Source: Candidatus Bathyarchaeia archaeon (lineage in GTDB: Archaea > Thermoproteota > Bathyarchaeia > 40CM-2-53-6). From it: a stretch of 64,000 bases of DNA. The notes beneath the pieces are model-generated. The model made no database searches and had not been told where the DNA came from. It saw nothing but the letters and a program-made list of their open reading frames with translations. Below, one piece after another: positions 56,063 to 64,000 of the stretch. The first letter of the stretch is position 1. The number at the start of each line of letters is the position of its first letter. A program made the translations under genes and the position numbers. Where the stretch lies: assembly GCA_050013255.1 (NCBI GenBank), contig JBEKFP010000003.1, positions 64,001-128,000 of the forward strand, given 5' to 3'.

Positions 56063-57502
56063 GTGTACGTCTTGGACAAGTTCGGAGAGGTTTGTGATGC
56101 CGTTAAGAAGAAGATTGCTCCTTCACTGAAATTGAAAAGCGCAGTTGAGACAAGGGCTGAGCAGATTAGGGCTGCTGTCGAGCAGGAGTGCGTTAAGGCG
56201 AATCTCGAAGCTGAGGTCCGCTTGGACGGCTCCGTCGCGAAGGACACATGGATACGGGATCATGCCGACGTCGATATTTTCATGAGAGTAAGCCCACAGC
56301 TAACCAAAACGCAACTGCGAGATGTGTGCTTGCCAATTGCACGCGAGGCGCTTCTCCCTCACACAATCGTCGAGAGGTATGCGGAGCACCCGTACATAGA
56401 ATCAACAGTAGAATTGGGTAGTAAGAGTGAGCTTCGGGTCAACGTTGTCCCATGCTACAAAGTCGAGAAAGGTAAATGGCTAAGCGCCACAGACAGGAGC
56501 CCCTACCACACCGAGTACATTAACCAACACTTCACTAAGGAGCAGCACGACGAAGTTCGCTTGCTCAAGGCCTTCATGAGGGGGATAGGGAGCTATGGAG
56601 CAGACATCAAAACTGGCGGCTTCAGCGGCATGCTATGCGAGACGCTCATAGTTTCGCGCAAGGATTTCCATCGTGTTGTTCAAGATTTCATGGGATGGCA
56701 TGAGGACGAAGTCATAGACATTGAGAACTACTACGAGGGCAGGCGTGCAGAAGCGCACCGCGTCTTTCGAGAACCATTGATCGTCATCGATCCTGTGGAC
56801 AAAGGCCGCAATTTAGCAGCCGCGGTCCGAGAGAACCAGCTCTGCAATTTTGTCGCTGCATGCAGGCAACTTGACTGGAAACCCACATCTGCTCTATTCG
56901 CGCAACCAAAAGTGAAGGCGTTGACCCCCGCTAATTACCGGAAACTCATTCGAACCCGTGGGTCGACAATCATCTGCCTAGTCGTGGGAAGAATAGATGC
57001 AGTTGTCGACATTCTATGGAGCCAACTCTACCGCACGCAGAGAGCGCTCGTCAACCTTCTGGAGAACAACGATTTCAAAGTGGTCCGATCATGGGCGTGG
57101 AGCGATGAAAAATCGTTGAACATAATTCTCTTCGAACTGGAGCAAGGATGTTTGCCTCGTCCGAAACGCCACGATGGTCCTTCAGTTTACGGGTTTGATG
57201 AGAGTGCTTCGTTCCTATCAAAACACGCGCCGAATCCCAATACAATCTCGGGCCCTTGGATTGAAAATGGCCATTGGGTTGTAGAAAAGAGGAGGTCAGT
57301 TGTTTCCGCAAATGCCTTGCTCAAGTCAGCACTTCGTTCTGGAGGGAAAGACGTCGGCGTTGCTTCTTTGCTTGCTGAGTCCTTCAGGAAGAGGTTACAA
57401 ATTCTTGAAAATGAAAGGATTGTAAGGCTGATCGTCTCAAATACGGAGTTTGCCAAGGCCATGAGAACTTACCTCTCAGGAAGGCCAGCATGGTTTGCAT
57501 GA
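56063..57502 (+). CDS. cca: CCA-adding tRNA nucleotidyltransferase (class I, archaeal)
   Basis: GS.AKDTW....DVDIF, YAEHPY, SATDRSPYHT, VRLLKAF, GFSG, DPVD..RN. Confidence 0.94.
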   Translation: MYVLDKFGEVCDAVKKKIAPSLKLKSAVETRAEQIRAAVEQECVKANLEAEVRLDGSVAKDTWIRDHADVDIFMRVSPQLTKTQLRDVCLPIAREALLPHTIVERYAEHPYIESTVELGSKSELRVNVVPCYKVEKGKWLSATDRSPYHTEYINQHFTKEQHDEVRLLKAFMRGIGSYGADIKTGGFSGMLCETLIVSRKDFHRVVQDFMGWHEDEVIDIENYYEGRRAEAHRVFREPLIVIDPVDKGRNLAAAVRENQLCNFVAACRQLDWKPTSALFAQPKVKALTPANYRKLIRTRGSTIICLVVGRIDAVVDILWSQLYRTQRALVNLLENNDFKVVRSWAWSDEKSLNIILFELEQGCLPRPKRHDGPSVYGFDESASFLSKHAPNPNTISGPWIENGHWVVEKRRSVVSANALLKSALRSGGKDVGVASLLAESFRKRLQILENERIVRLIVSNTEFAKAMRTYLSGRPAWFA

Positions 57503-58253
57503 AAACGAAATACCCCTACATGGGCTTCTGCAGTCCCGTTACTCACACATACTCACCTATCCTGGTACAGATCCCGATGAAGCGAAGGAAAGGATAATGG
57601 AGCTTTCAGAGATTGGGATTTCCGCTCTTCGTTTCCGAGGGGTCACCCAGATAGGCGGTATCCCAATTCTTGGGAAAGGTTGCGTTGGCGTCGTGACGCA
57701 GGCTCGTCTTGAAGGGAAACTTGTCGCTTTGAAGATCCGGCGTCTGGACGCCGACCGGCCATCGATGAACGACGAGGCTAGGCTGTTGCGGTTGGCGAAT
57801 AGCGTTGATGTTGGGCCGCGTTTGATTTCTGCATCAAAGAACTTTCTAGCAATGGATTTTTTCCGAGGCATTCCACTATTCCGATGGGCAGAGGGTTCAA
57901 GGACAGGTGGAAGAGTGTTGAGGGAGCTAGTCACACGCCTCGTTACATGTTGCTTCATGCTTGACTCGATTGGGCTTGACCACGGGGAGTTGAGCCACGC
58001 CCCCAAGAATGTTCTTGTTAACAAGTTTGGCCATCCCTGTATTGTTGATTTCGAGAGCGCGAGCACGGCAAGGCGCGTCGCAAACGTCACATCACTACTT
58101 CAATACTTCCTGTTCGGAAGGGTGTCGAAAACGCTTCACGCTTCACAACTCTTCCCGGACAGAAGGAAGATCGTGAAGGCCCTAGGCGAATACAAGCACG
58201 ATGGGTCGGTTGAAAATTTCCAGAGCGTGTTAGGCGCGCTTGGCCTGTTATGA
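57495..58253 (+). CDS. RIO-like Ser/Thr kinase (archaeal COG2112-type)
   Basis: LGKG..GVV, ALKIRR.D, DHGELS, VDFESAS. Confidence 0.85.
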   Translation: MHENEIPLHGLLQSRYSHILTYPGTDPDEAKERIMELSEIGISALRFRGVTQIGGIPILGKGCVGVVTQARLEGKLVALKIRRLDADRPSMNDEARLLRLANSVDVGPRLISASKNFLAMDFFRGIPLFRWAEGSRTGGRVLRELVTRLVTCCFMLDSIGLDHGELSHAPKNVLVNKFGHPCIVDFESASTARRVANVTSLLQYFLFGRVSKTLHASQLFPDRRKIVKALGEYKHDGSVENFQSVLGALGLL

Positions 58254-58292
58254 AAGGTTCTTATGAGCGCTCATTTCTTTTCTGCCTCGAAC

Positions 58293-58472
58293 GGGGCCGT
58301 CGTCTAGAAGAGACTGCTTAGCAACTCTCTGGACAACTTGGTCTGGGAACACGATTCCGCCAACAGGATACCAGAGCGCAAATGCGCGCGGTGAACCTGG
58401 GGCGCTGGCGTCCCTAAGAACGAAAAGTCTCAGGGCCAGAGGTCGTGGGTTCAAATCCCACCGGCCCCACCA
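58293..58472 (+). tRNA. tRNA-Pro(GGG) with four BHB introns (15/16, 20b/21, 30/31, 45/46), CCA encoded
   Basis: Exons 58293-307, 58337-344, 58365-374, 58396-410 and 58442-472 join to a 79-nt cloverleaf GGGGCCGTCGTCTAGCTTGGTCTAGGATACCAGCCTGGGGCGCTGGCGGTCGTGGGTTCAAATCCCACCGGCCCCACCA. Confidence 0.9.
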
Positions 58473-58631
58473 TCTAACGAACCGTCTACCCTCAGCGAAA
58501 TTGCAACATTCGCATTCCATCTCAAAAAGAACGGCTAACGAGACTCCACGATTAGAGGAACAGTCCAGACACTCAAAGCCATAGGAAGAAACGTAAACCT
58601 GTTAGAACGAATAGCCACGATAAATTTCTGA
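58473..58631 (+). pseudogene. Fragment of tyrosine integrase (region following att)
   Basis: In frame through the tRNA end: QIPPAPP-SNEPSTLSEIATFAFHLKKNG*RDSTIRGTVQTLKAIGRNVNLL; internal TAA at 58536. Confidence 0.55.
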
Positions 58632-58737
58632 GTAGAGACATAGTGCTAACGGCAGAGTAGTTTATCCACTTGTTAGCAGAAAACACTTGTGATAGGGACT
58701 CCAAGGACTTTATCCTATAATTGATACGCTAGAGGGC

Positions 58738-59526
58738 CTACCTCTTTCTCTTCCGCTGCCTAAGCAGCATAACTAGAGTGACCACGAACAGAGCAGCGAA
58801 TACTACAGCTCCGCCAGCATAGAGCTGGTCTGCTGAAAACGTGAATGCCTGGGTCAGGGGCTGCGAGATAGCTTCGGTTTTGAGAAGGTTCATCGTCGTA
58901 GACGCAGGAATGGGGTTCGTAGCAGTGGTGTACATTGTGAAAGTTTCGACTTGAGACTTTGCGGACCACACGTTCAATGTGTACTGGACAGACTTTCTGC
59001 TATTTCCGGTCGTTAGAATCCAATAGTACTGGCCATCGCCCGGAGCTGTCCAGGCGGTTTCATAGGATGTCAAGATTTGAAACATTGCAAACACCGCAGG
59101 CCAAGCGCCGTTGTAACCATTTTGTGTGCCACATACAACGACATTGGGTGTTATAGGAGAATAATCGGGTTCATTTATGATGTTCAGAGAAGCAAACTGA
59201 GCTGCCGTCATAATATAGAAAACAAGCGGATTGTTGTTCGACGTTATCGAAAAGGAAACTTCAGCGCCCTGGGTCACGACAAAATAGTCATACACGATGG
59301 GACAGAGTTGAAGCAAGGAACCCTGGGAGTACACATAGATTCCAGGTGTTCCACCCAGCTTGCCTGCATAAGGAGAGGAACCATAATCGGTAGTGTAGGT
59401 TGTTGTCCCATAGCTTGTAGCTACAGGGGTGGTGACCGTGGTATACGCCTGACTTTGAACTGCTGGCAAACTGACAACTGGAAGCATAAGTAGAATCGTT
59501 ACTAGAAGGCGAATAAATTTCGACAA
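58738..59526 (-). CDS. Secreted, C-terminally anchored hypothetical protein (possible GOLD-like beta-sandwich)
   Basis: Signal peptide, Thr-rich ends, FYIM, P.DGQYYW, TM + RQRKRKR. Confidence 0.72.
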   Translation of the reverse strand: MSKFIRLLVTILLMLPVVSLPAVQSQAYTTVTTPVATSYGTTTYTTDYGSSPYAGKLGGTPGIYVYSQGSLLQLCPIVYDYFVVTQGAEVSFSITSNNNPLVFYIMTAAQFASLNIINEPDYSPITPNVVVCGTQNGYNGAWPAVFAMFQILTSYETAWTAPGDGQYYWILTTGNSRKSVQYTLNVWSAKSQVETFTMYTTATNPIPASTTMNLLKTEAISQPLTQAFTFSADQLYAGGAVVFAALFVVTLVMLLRQRKRKR

Positions 59527-59998
59527 GGCTACTAAGTAGCTTTCATGGTTTACAATAAATCGCTTTGTATATCATACGGCATTGTTCTCGACTGATTGTG
59601 AGTCAGACGACTTCGTACCGAACGTTACAAGGACCGTTATAATACGATTAAGGACTACATGCGTCTTCGAGACGCCTAATCCATACTTTATCATCAGAGC
59701 GGCCAACTCTCAACAGCTTCAAGAATTGGAAGTTCCCGCCACTATCCGAAAGAGTCTTCAGCAAAGGCAGCTGCACGCTGGTTTGTTCCGGCAACGCCAT
59801 AGTATGGTCATTCAGATTGAGAATGGCACTCTAGGTTAAATCGTGACTCGTAATTGATTCTTTCCCAAGAATCAGCCCAAGAGACAGTTTTGGGTTCCTC
59901 TCGCTCGTCATGCTCGTCTACTTTCACAATTCACTGACCGTTAGACAGAAGCATCGAGTCCAGTTATTTGCTTACATGATTCACGGCAAGAACCGTGA

Positions 59999-60151
59999 AT
60001 GAAGTTGAGCTGTCCGATTTGTGACCTGGAACTTCTCGGCCAAGATAAATGCCCGCTGAAACGTTGCGAACGATGTTGCTTATGGTTTGAGCTGCAGGAT
60101 GACGGCAAGCTCATTCCCCTACGAATTGATAATCTAGCGAAATATCTCTAG
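59999..60151 (+). CDS. 50-aa zinc-finger microprotein
   Basis: Not in ORF track: MKLSCPICDLELLGQDKCPLKRCERCCLWFELQDDGKLIPLRIDNLAKYL*. Confidence 0.55.
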   Translation: MKLSCPICDLELLGQDKCPLKRCERCCLWFELQDDGKLIPLRIDNLAKYL

Positions 60152-60163
60152 AGCTGTCTAAGA

Positions 60164-60346
60164 TTGCTATTCGAGAACAAGTCAACTAGAAGTCCTAACT
60201 GCAAGAACCAACTAGTGTGGATTAGCCACGTTAAACTGTGGAAGCGTGCGAGGGAGATTAACGAATTCAATTTCTCCTGTGAAACATGCAAGCGCCAGTA
60301 CCAATTCATAGATAACAAGATTATCGAGAAGATACTCTCCTCCTAG
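60164..60346 (+). CDS. Small zinc-ribbon-like protein (first Cys replaced by Ser)
   Basis: SPNC...FSCETCKRQY. Confidence 0.45.
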   Translation: MLFENKSTRSPNCKNQLVWISHVKLWKRAREINEFNFSCETCKRQYQFIDNKIIEKILSS

Positions 60347-60574
60347 ATAACCTGGTTTTTGTTTCGGAGAATTTTCTCAATGCTGCAATTCCTACTGTTG
60401 CAACCAAGAGGGACGCAGCCATTCCGCGTTTTGCTATTGGATTCTGCTGTGATGGCCAATGAGAACAGAGAAGTTATGGGCCTGAGAGGCCACTGGGGTC
60501 AAGGAAAACGGGGAGGATTTGGCAAGTATTAAGAGCCTTCGACTTCAACTTATAGATTCTCTAGGTTTGAAGTT

Positions 60575-61309
60575 ATGAAGAGATTCATCCCAGTCACCTT
60601 AGTCCTACTGTTCCTATTCGCGTTGCCCCATGTGGCGGCATCTCCAAGTGCCGTCATTCACAACAACACTAGCAACTACATAGATGAGGTTGGTTACCTT
60701 CATGTGGTGGGCGAAGCGCAAAATACCGGCGATGTTTGGTTACAATCTGTGCGCATCGGCGCCACCTTCAAAGACCAGAACGGCGCCGTAGTGGGTACTT
60801 CCTTCACTTACACGTTGCTCGACCGCCTGCCCCCCGGTGTTACTTCAGGCTTTGACGTGTTCGAATTTGACAAGGGGAAGTCGGCGATGATTCGAAGTTA
60901 CACACTCGCAATAGAGTTCGAGACGGCCGAACCATTGACCACTGCCCTAGAGATTATCAATACGTCCTCATCAAAGGATAGCTTTGGATTTTTGACTATA
61001 GTGGGCGAAGTCAAGAACAACGGTGACACAATCAGCGAATACACGGAAGTCGTAGCCATCTTCTACGGCGCCAACGGCAATGTGGTCGACGTGGGCTACA
61101 CGTTCACTGAACCGACCACCGTTCAACCGCGCAGCCAACAATCCTTCAAACTTATACCAACAAGTGACCCCCAGAGCAACTTAGCCACTAGGTGGGTCTT
61201 GGACACGCAAAGTAATCAGTATGCAAGTGTCTCCGAAACCATTTGGCCAGCACTCATGTTGGCCGCAGCCCTGTCCCTATGTGGTTTTGCTATGCGAAAA
61301 AAGAACTGA
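60575..61309 (+). CDS. Tandem FxLYD-domain surface protein
   Basis: Two repeats of VVGE..N.G...V...F.D..G.VV; signal peptide; C-terminal TM. Confidence 0.82.
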   Translation: MKRFIPVTLVLLFLFALPHVAASPSAVIHNNTSNYIDEVGYLHVVGEAQNTGDVWLQSVRIGATFKDQNGAVVGTSFTYTLLDRLPPGVTSGFDVFEFDKGKSAMIRSYTLAIEFETAEPLTTALEIINTSSSKDSFGFLTIVGEVKNNGDTISEYTEVVAIFYGANGNVVDVGYTFTEPTTVQPRSQQSFKLIPTSDPQSNLATRWVLDTQSNQYASVSETIWPALMLAAALSLCGFAMRKKN

Positions 61310-61417
61310 CAAGCGGATATCAGTGTGTTCGTGAGAGCTTCGCCCAACAAAATTGAGCTCATAAGGCCTGCCCGAAGTTTCTGACTAGGCTTTGGAGTCC
61401 CATGATTCCCACGATTC

Positions 61418-61445
61418 GTGGATTCGAATCCCATCGGCCCGACAA
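61418..61445 (+). repeat. Degenerate tRNA 3'-end (att remnant)
   Basis: GTGGATTCGAATCCCATCGGCCCGACAA, 23/28 identical to the tRNA-Pro 3' end. Confidence 0.6.
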
Positions 61446-61531
61446 AAATCAAGGCTTCACAAAGATAATTAACACAAAGGCGAGGATTAAGATACTGGAA
61501 ACAGGTTTCGTCCAGCCTTTGAGTTGGAAAC

Positions 61532-62848
61532 TTGCCCTTTCCCGATCCTAAGGCTCTTGTGGCACTGGCTATTTTCGTCGCAACTTATGGTGTTCTAGCT
61601 TTTCGCAATGTGAAAGGATGGAAGTTTCCAATTTGGCTGATTCTGCTGATTGGTGCAGCTGCGATGGTTTTGTCAGGGTCGATCAGTGTAACCGACGCCT
61701 ACAAGGCAGTTGACCTTCATGTCATTCTATTTCTCTTCAGCATGTTCACTCTCGTCACAGCACTCGACATCGCAGGCGTCCTGGACGCATTTACAACTAG
61801 GCTCTTGCTTAGGGCGAAAAAACCCGAGGACGTCTTGTATCTCACATTCTTCGGCTTTGCAGCAGCCAGCGCCGTTCTGATGAACGACACCCTAGCCCTC
61901 ATGGGTACACCAGTCATGATTTCGCTCGCCAAGAAGATGAAGATTTCCTCACGACCTCTTCTTCTCACCTTAGCATTCGCTGTTACTATTGGCAGCGCCG
62001 TAACACCGATGGGAAATCCGCAGAACTTACTCGTAGCTTTGGGCAGCGGAATGCGTGCCCCCGTTCTCACCTTTGCGAGATACCTCCTCATTCCTACAAT
62101 AGTCAACCTCCTGCTAACCTACTATCTTCTGAGGCATCAGCTCCGCAACGAGTTTGCGAAAGCACGAAAAGGTTTCCGTGACCTGGTCGATTTCGAAGCG
62201 TCAACACAGAAAGACGTGATGAAAGACGGTGGACTGGCAAAGCTTGCCATCTCTGTCACCTGTCTAACTATTGCGGCAATCTTTCTCATAAACATCCTTG
62301 AAGAGGCAGGTGTTCCAACGCCTTTCGGAATCGCAGAGGTATCACTTTTCGGAGCAGCCCTGCTTTTGGCCCTCTCCGGTCGAAGCAGGGAGATCATTCA
62401 ATCGATCGATTGGGGTATCCTTGTTTTGTTCGCTTCTCTCTTCGTGCTTACGCAGGCCGTTTGGGATAATGGGATCATCGCGGCGATGGCGAGCTACTTG
62501 CCTACGATCAGTGCTCAGAATCCGCATTCTTCGATACTCGCAATTCTGGTTTCTAGCGTTGGGCTTAGCCAAGTCTTGAGCAATGTGCCGATGGTTGCGC
62601 TCTATATTCCGCTCATGAAATCATTGAATTTTGGTCCCCAGAACGTGTACGCCTGGATTGCGCTTGGAGGCGGAAGCACGCTGGCAGGTAATTTCACGCT
62701 CCTTGGGGCAGCCAGTACCCTCATAATTATCGAAGAAGCTGAAAAACAAGGGCACACCTTAGGATTCTTCGACTTTCTAAAAATCGGGATCATCGTAACA
62801 GCGGTCACAGTCGGGGTGCTCTACTTCTTCCTGCTTCTCGTAAGTTGA
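61532..62848 (+). CDS. ArsB/NhaD/SLC13-type anion permease
   Basis: MND, IGSA.TPMGNPQN, SNVP, STLAGN.TLLGAAS; many TMs. Confidence 0.88.
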   Translation: MPFPDPKALVALAIFVATYGVLAFRNVKGWKFPIWLILLIGAAAMVLSGSISVTDAYKAVDLHVILFLFSMFTLVTALDIAGVLDAFTTRLLLRAKKPEDVLYLTFFGFAAASAVLMNDTLALMGTPVMISLAKKMKISSRPLLLTLAFAVTIGSAVTPMGNPQNLLVALGSGMRAPVLTFARYLLIPTIVNLLLTYYLLRHQLRNEFAKARKGFRDLVDFEASTQKDVMKDGGLAKLAISVTCLTIAAIFLINILEEAGVPTPFGIAEVSLFGAALLLALSGRSREIIQSIDWGILVLFASLFVLTQAVWDNGIIAAMASYLPTISAQNPHSSILAILVSSVGLSQVLSNVPMVALYIPLMKSLNFGPQNVYAWIALGGGSTLAGNFTLLGAASTLIIIEEAEKQGHTLGFFDFLKIGIIVTAVTVGVLYFFLLLVS

Positions 62849-62897
62849 GTTGATTCTCAGTATCGAGGGTTCGAGAGTCTCATTGGTCCCACGATTT

Positions 62898-62925
62898 GTG
62901 GGTTCAACTCCCATCGACTCCACGA
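62898..62925 (+). repeat. Degenerate tRNA 3'-end (att remnant)
   Basis: GTGGGTTCAACTCCCATCGACTCCACGA, 23/28 identical to the tRNA-Pro 3' end. Confidence 0.6.
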
Positions 62926-63034
62926 GTGATTGGATGGGGTCTTGCTAGAACTCAGGAAGCAGAAACGGCTCAAAATGGGACGATTTAGAAGTAGCCCCAC
63001 CGTACATTACAATTAAGTCCCACCGGCCCCACCA

Positions 63035-63250
63035 CGAATTCTTGCGGTTCACGCGGCGGGTCTCAGATGGCATGACTTGAGGGATTATTTCCACACATCC
63101 TGCGTGAAGGTTGGCATTCCACACCGTGTAGTCCATTTCATGCTTGGACATGTGGCTGAACGAGAGGATCATTTCAGGGACATGATGTCTCGCGACATTG
63201 ACTATCTGCGGAAGGAGTACCTCAAAGTGGAAACACAGTGTTTCGCCTGA
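63035..63250 (+). pseudogene. C-terminal fragment of tyrosine recombinase/integrase
   Basis: GLRWHDLRDYFHTSCVKVGIPHRVVHFMLGH...EDHF...LRKEY; HxxR and LGH present, no start codon, Phe at the expected catalytic Tyr. Confidence 0.75.
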
Positions 63251-63375
63251 TCAAAACGAATAGTAAAACCATCATGTGTGAATGAGGGCACTTTGTCTGA
63301 CGAGAAAATCCCACAGACCCAGAAACGTCCGGTGATCAATCCGCCAAGAACGGGTAGTACGGGAGGTTCCCTGAG

Positions 63376-63778
63376 ATGTTATCGATGAGTCAAGCGAACA
63401 TGGCCATGACTATCCTGGCGCTAGCTTTTGTGGGGGTGGGCTGTCTGTGCGGCGATCATTGGAGTTGGAATGATGTTTTCTTCTCAGATCAACGCCCTGA
63501 TAGCGCACGCAATTGGAGCACCTGTCGTCTTTGCGATTATATCCTTACTCTACTTCAAGAAATTCAGGTATACAACGCCGTTACAGACCGCCCTGATTTT
63601 TCTTGCATTCGTTTTCCTGATGGATTTCTTTGTCGTGGCTTTCGCAATCATGAGGAGTTTCCAAATGTTCATGAGCGTTCTCGGAACATGGATTCCTTTT
63701 GCTCTGATCTTTATCTCGACCTATGCGACAGGAGTGTATGTGACGATGACGCAGCAACAGAAAGGGGGTCACGTGTGA
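63376..63778 (+). pseudogene. Frameshifted membrane protein gene
   Basis: Deleting one G from the G5 run (63432-36) joins MLSMSQANMAMTILALAFVG to WAVCAAIIGVG...MDFFVVA...GTWIPFALIF. Confidence 0.6.
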
Positions 63779-64000
63779 GAACTTTGGGAATGGAGTCCAT
63801 TCTCCTTTTCGGCTTTTATTGCTTCTTCTAGTTTCCTTTCTAACTCAGCAACTTCTTTTCTTTTTTCTGTTAGTTGTTCGGCAAGCAGGACTTTTAGTTT
63901 GGCTTTTTTTTGAACCGTCAAATAATATCCTTTTTCAATCTCTTTCCCTCCAGTCAATGCTGTTGCATTTTTAGAGCCGAATACAATAAGTTCTCCCGGA
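63769..64000 (-). CDS. Partial hypothetical protein (C-terminal coiled coil), continues beyond window
   Basis: Frame open to the window edge: PGELIVFGSKNATALTGGKEIEKGYY... Confidence 0.45.
   Translation of the reverse strand, partial: PGELIVFGSKNATALTGGKEIEKGYYLTVQKKAKLKVLLAEQLTEKRKEVAELERKLEEAIKAEKENGLHSQSSHT

Larger units (their letters stand above)
58456..63250 (+). mobile_element. Decayed tRNA-Pro-anchored integrative island
   Basis: 17-bp direct repeat TCCCACCGGCCCCACCA at 58456-472 and 63018-034; integrase fragments after both; two further degenerate tRNA 3' ends inside. Confidence 0.78.

Noticed and set aside
59582-59839. 85-aa plus-strand ORF
   Set aside because: No motif; it is antisense to the Mrr-N-like fragment.
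1-64000. Numerous 60-180 aa ORFs antisense to or nested in recognised genes; rRNA, RNase P or SRP RNA
   Set aside because: These are shadow ORFs without independent support; no rRNA, RNase P or SRP signature was recognised.

Overview
Archaeal chromosomal segment, most consistent with a TACK archaeon such as Bathyarchaeia. The evidence is eL38, TBP, tetraether synthase Tes, A/V-type ATPase, a class I CCA enzyme and BHB-intron tRNAs; the taxonomy is inferred, not searched. Most of the window is housekeeping and metabolism: atpA/atpB, guaA, head-to-head ppsA/ppdK, mdh, larB/larE, tes plus a geranylgeranyl reductase, and a tRNA-processing cluster (trm11, rnz, thpR, cca). It also carries several membrane-anchored surface proteins and a decayed integration island at the right end. 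Main discoveries: (1) a tRNA-Pro(GGG) gene at 58293-58472 split into five exons by four non-canonical BHB introns; (2) a ribbon-helix-helix/nucleotidyltransferase-like fusion divergent from two unannotated paralogous zinc-ribbon microproteins, all under a duplicated GTAWTAC-N16-GTATTAC promoter/operator; (3) twin 14-repeat beta-propeller surface proteins with an IPGFPxESI sorting tail, separated by an RHH gene and its decayed copy; (4) an acidic paralogue of ribosomal protein eL33; (5) an orphan tRNA 3' half; (6) nested att remnants and split-integrase fragments at tRNA-Pro. All family calls come from motif recognition by eye; no searches were run.
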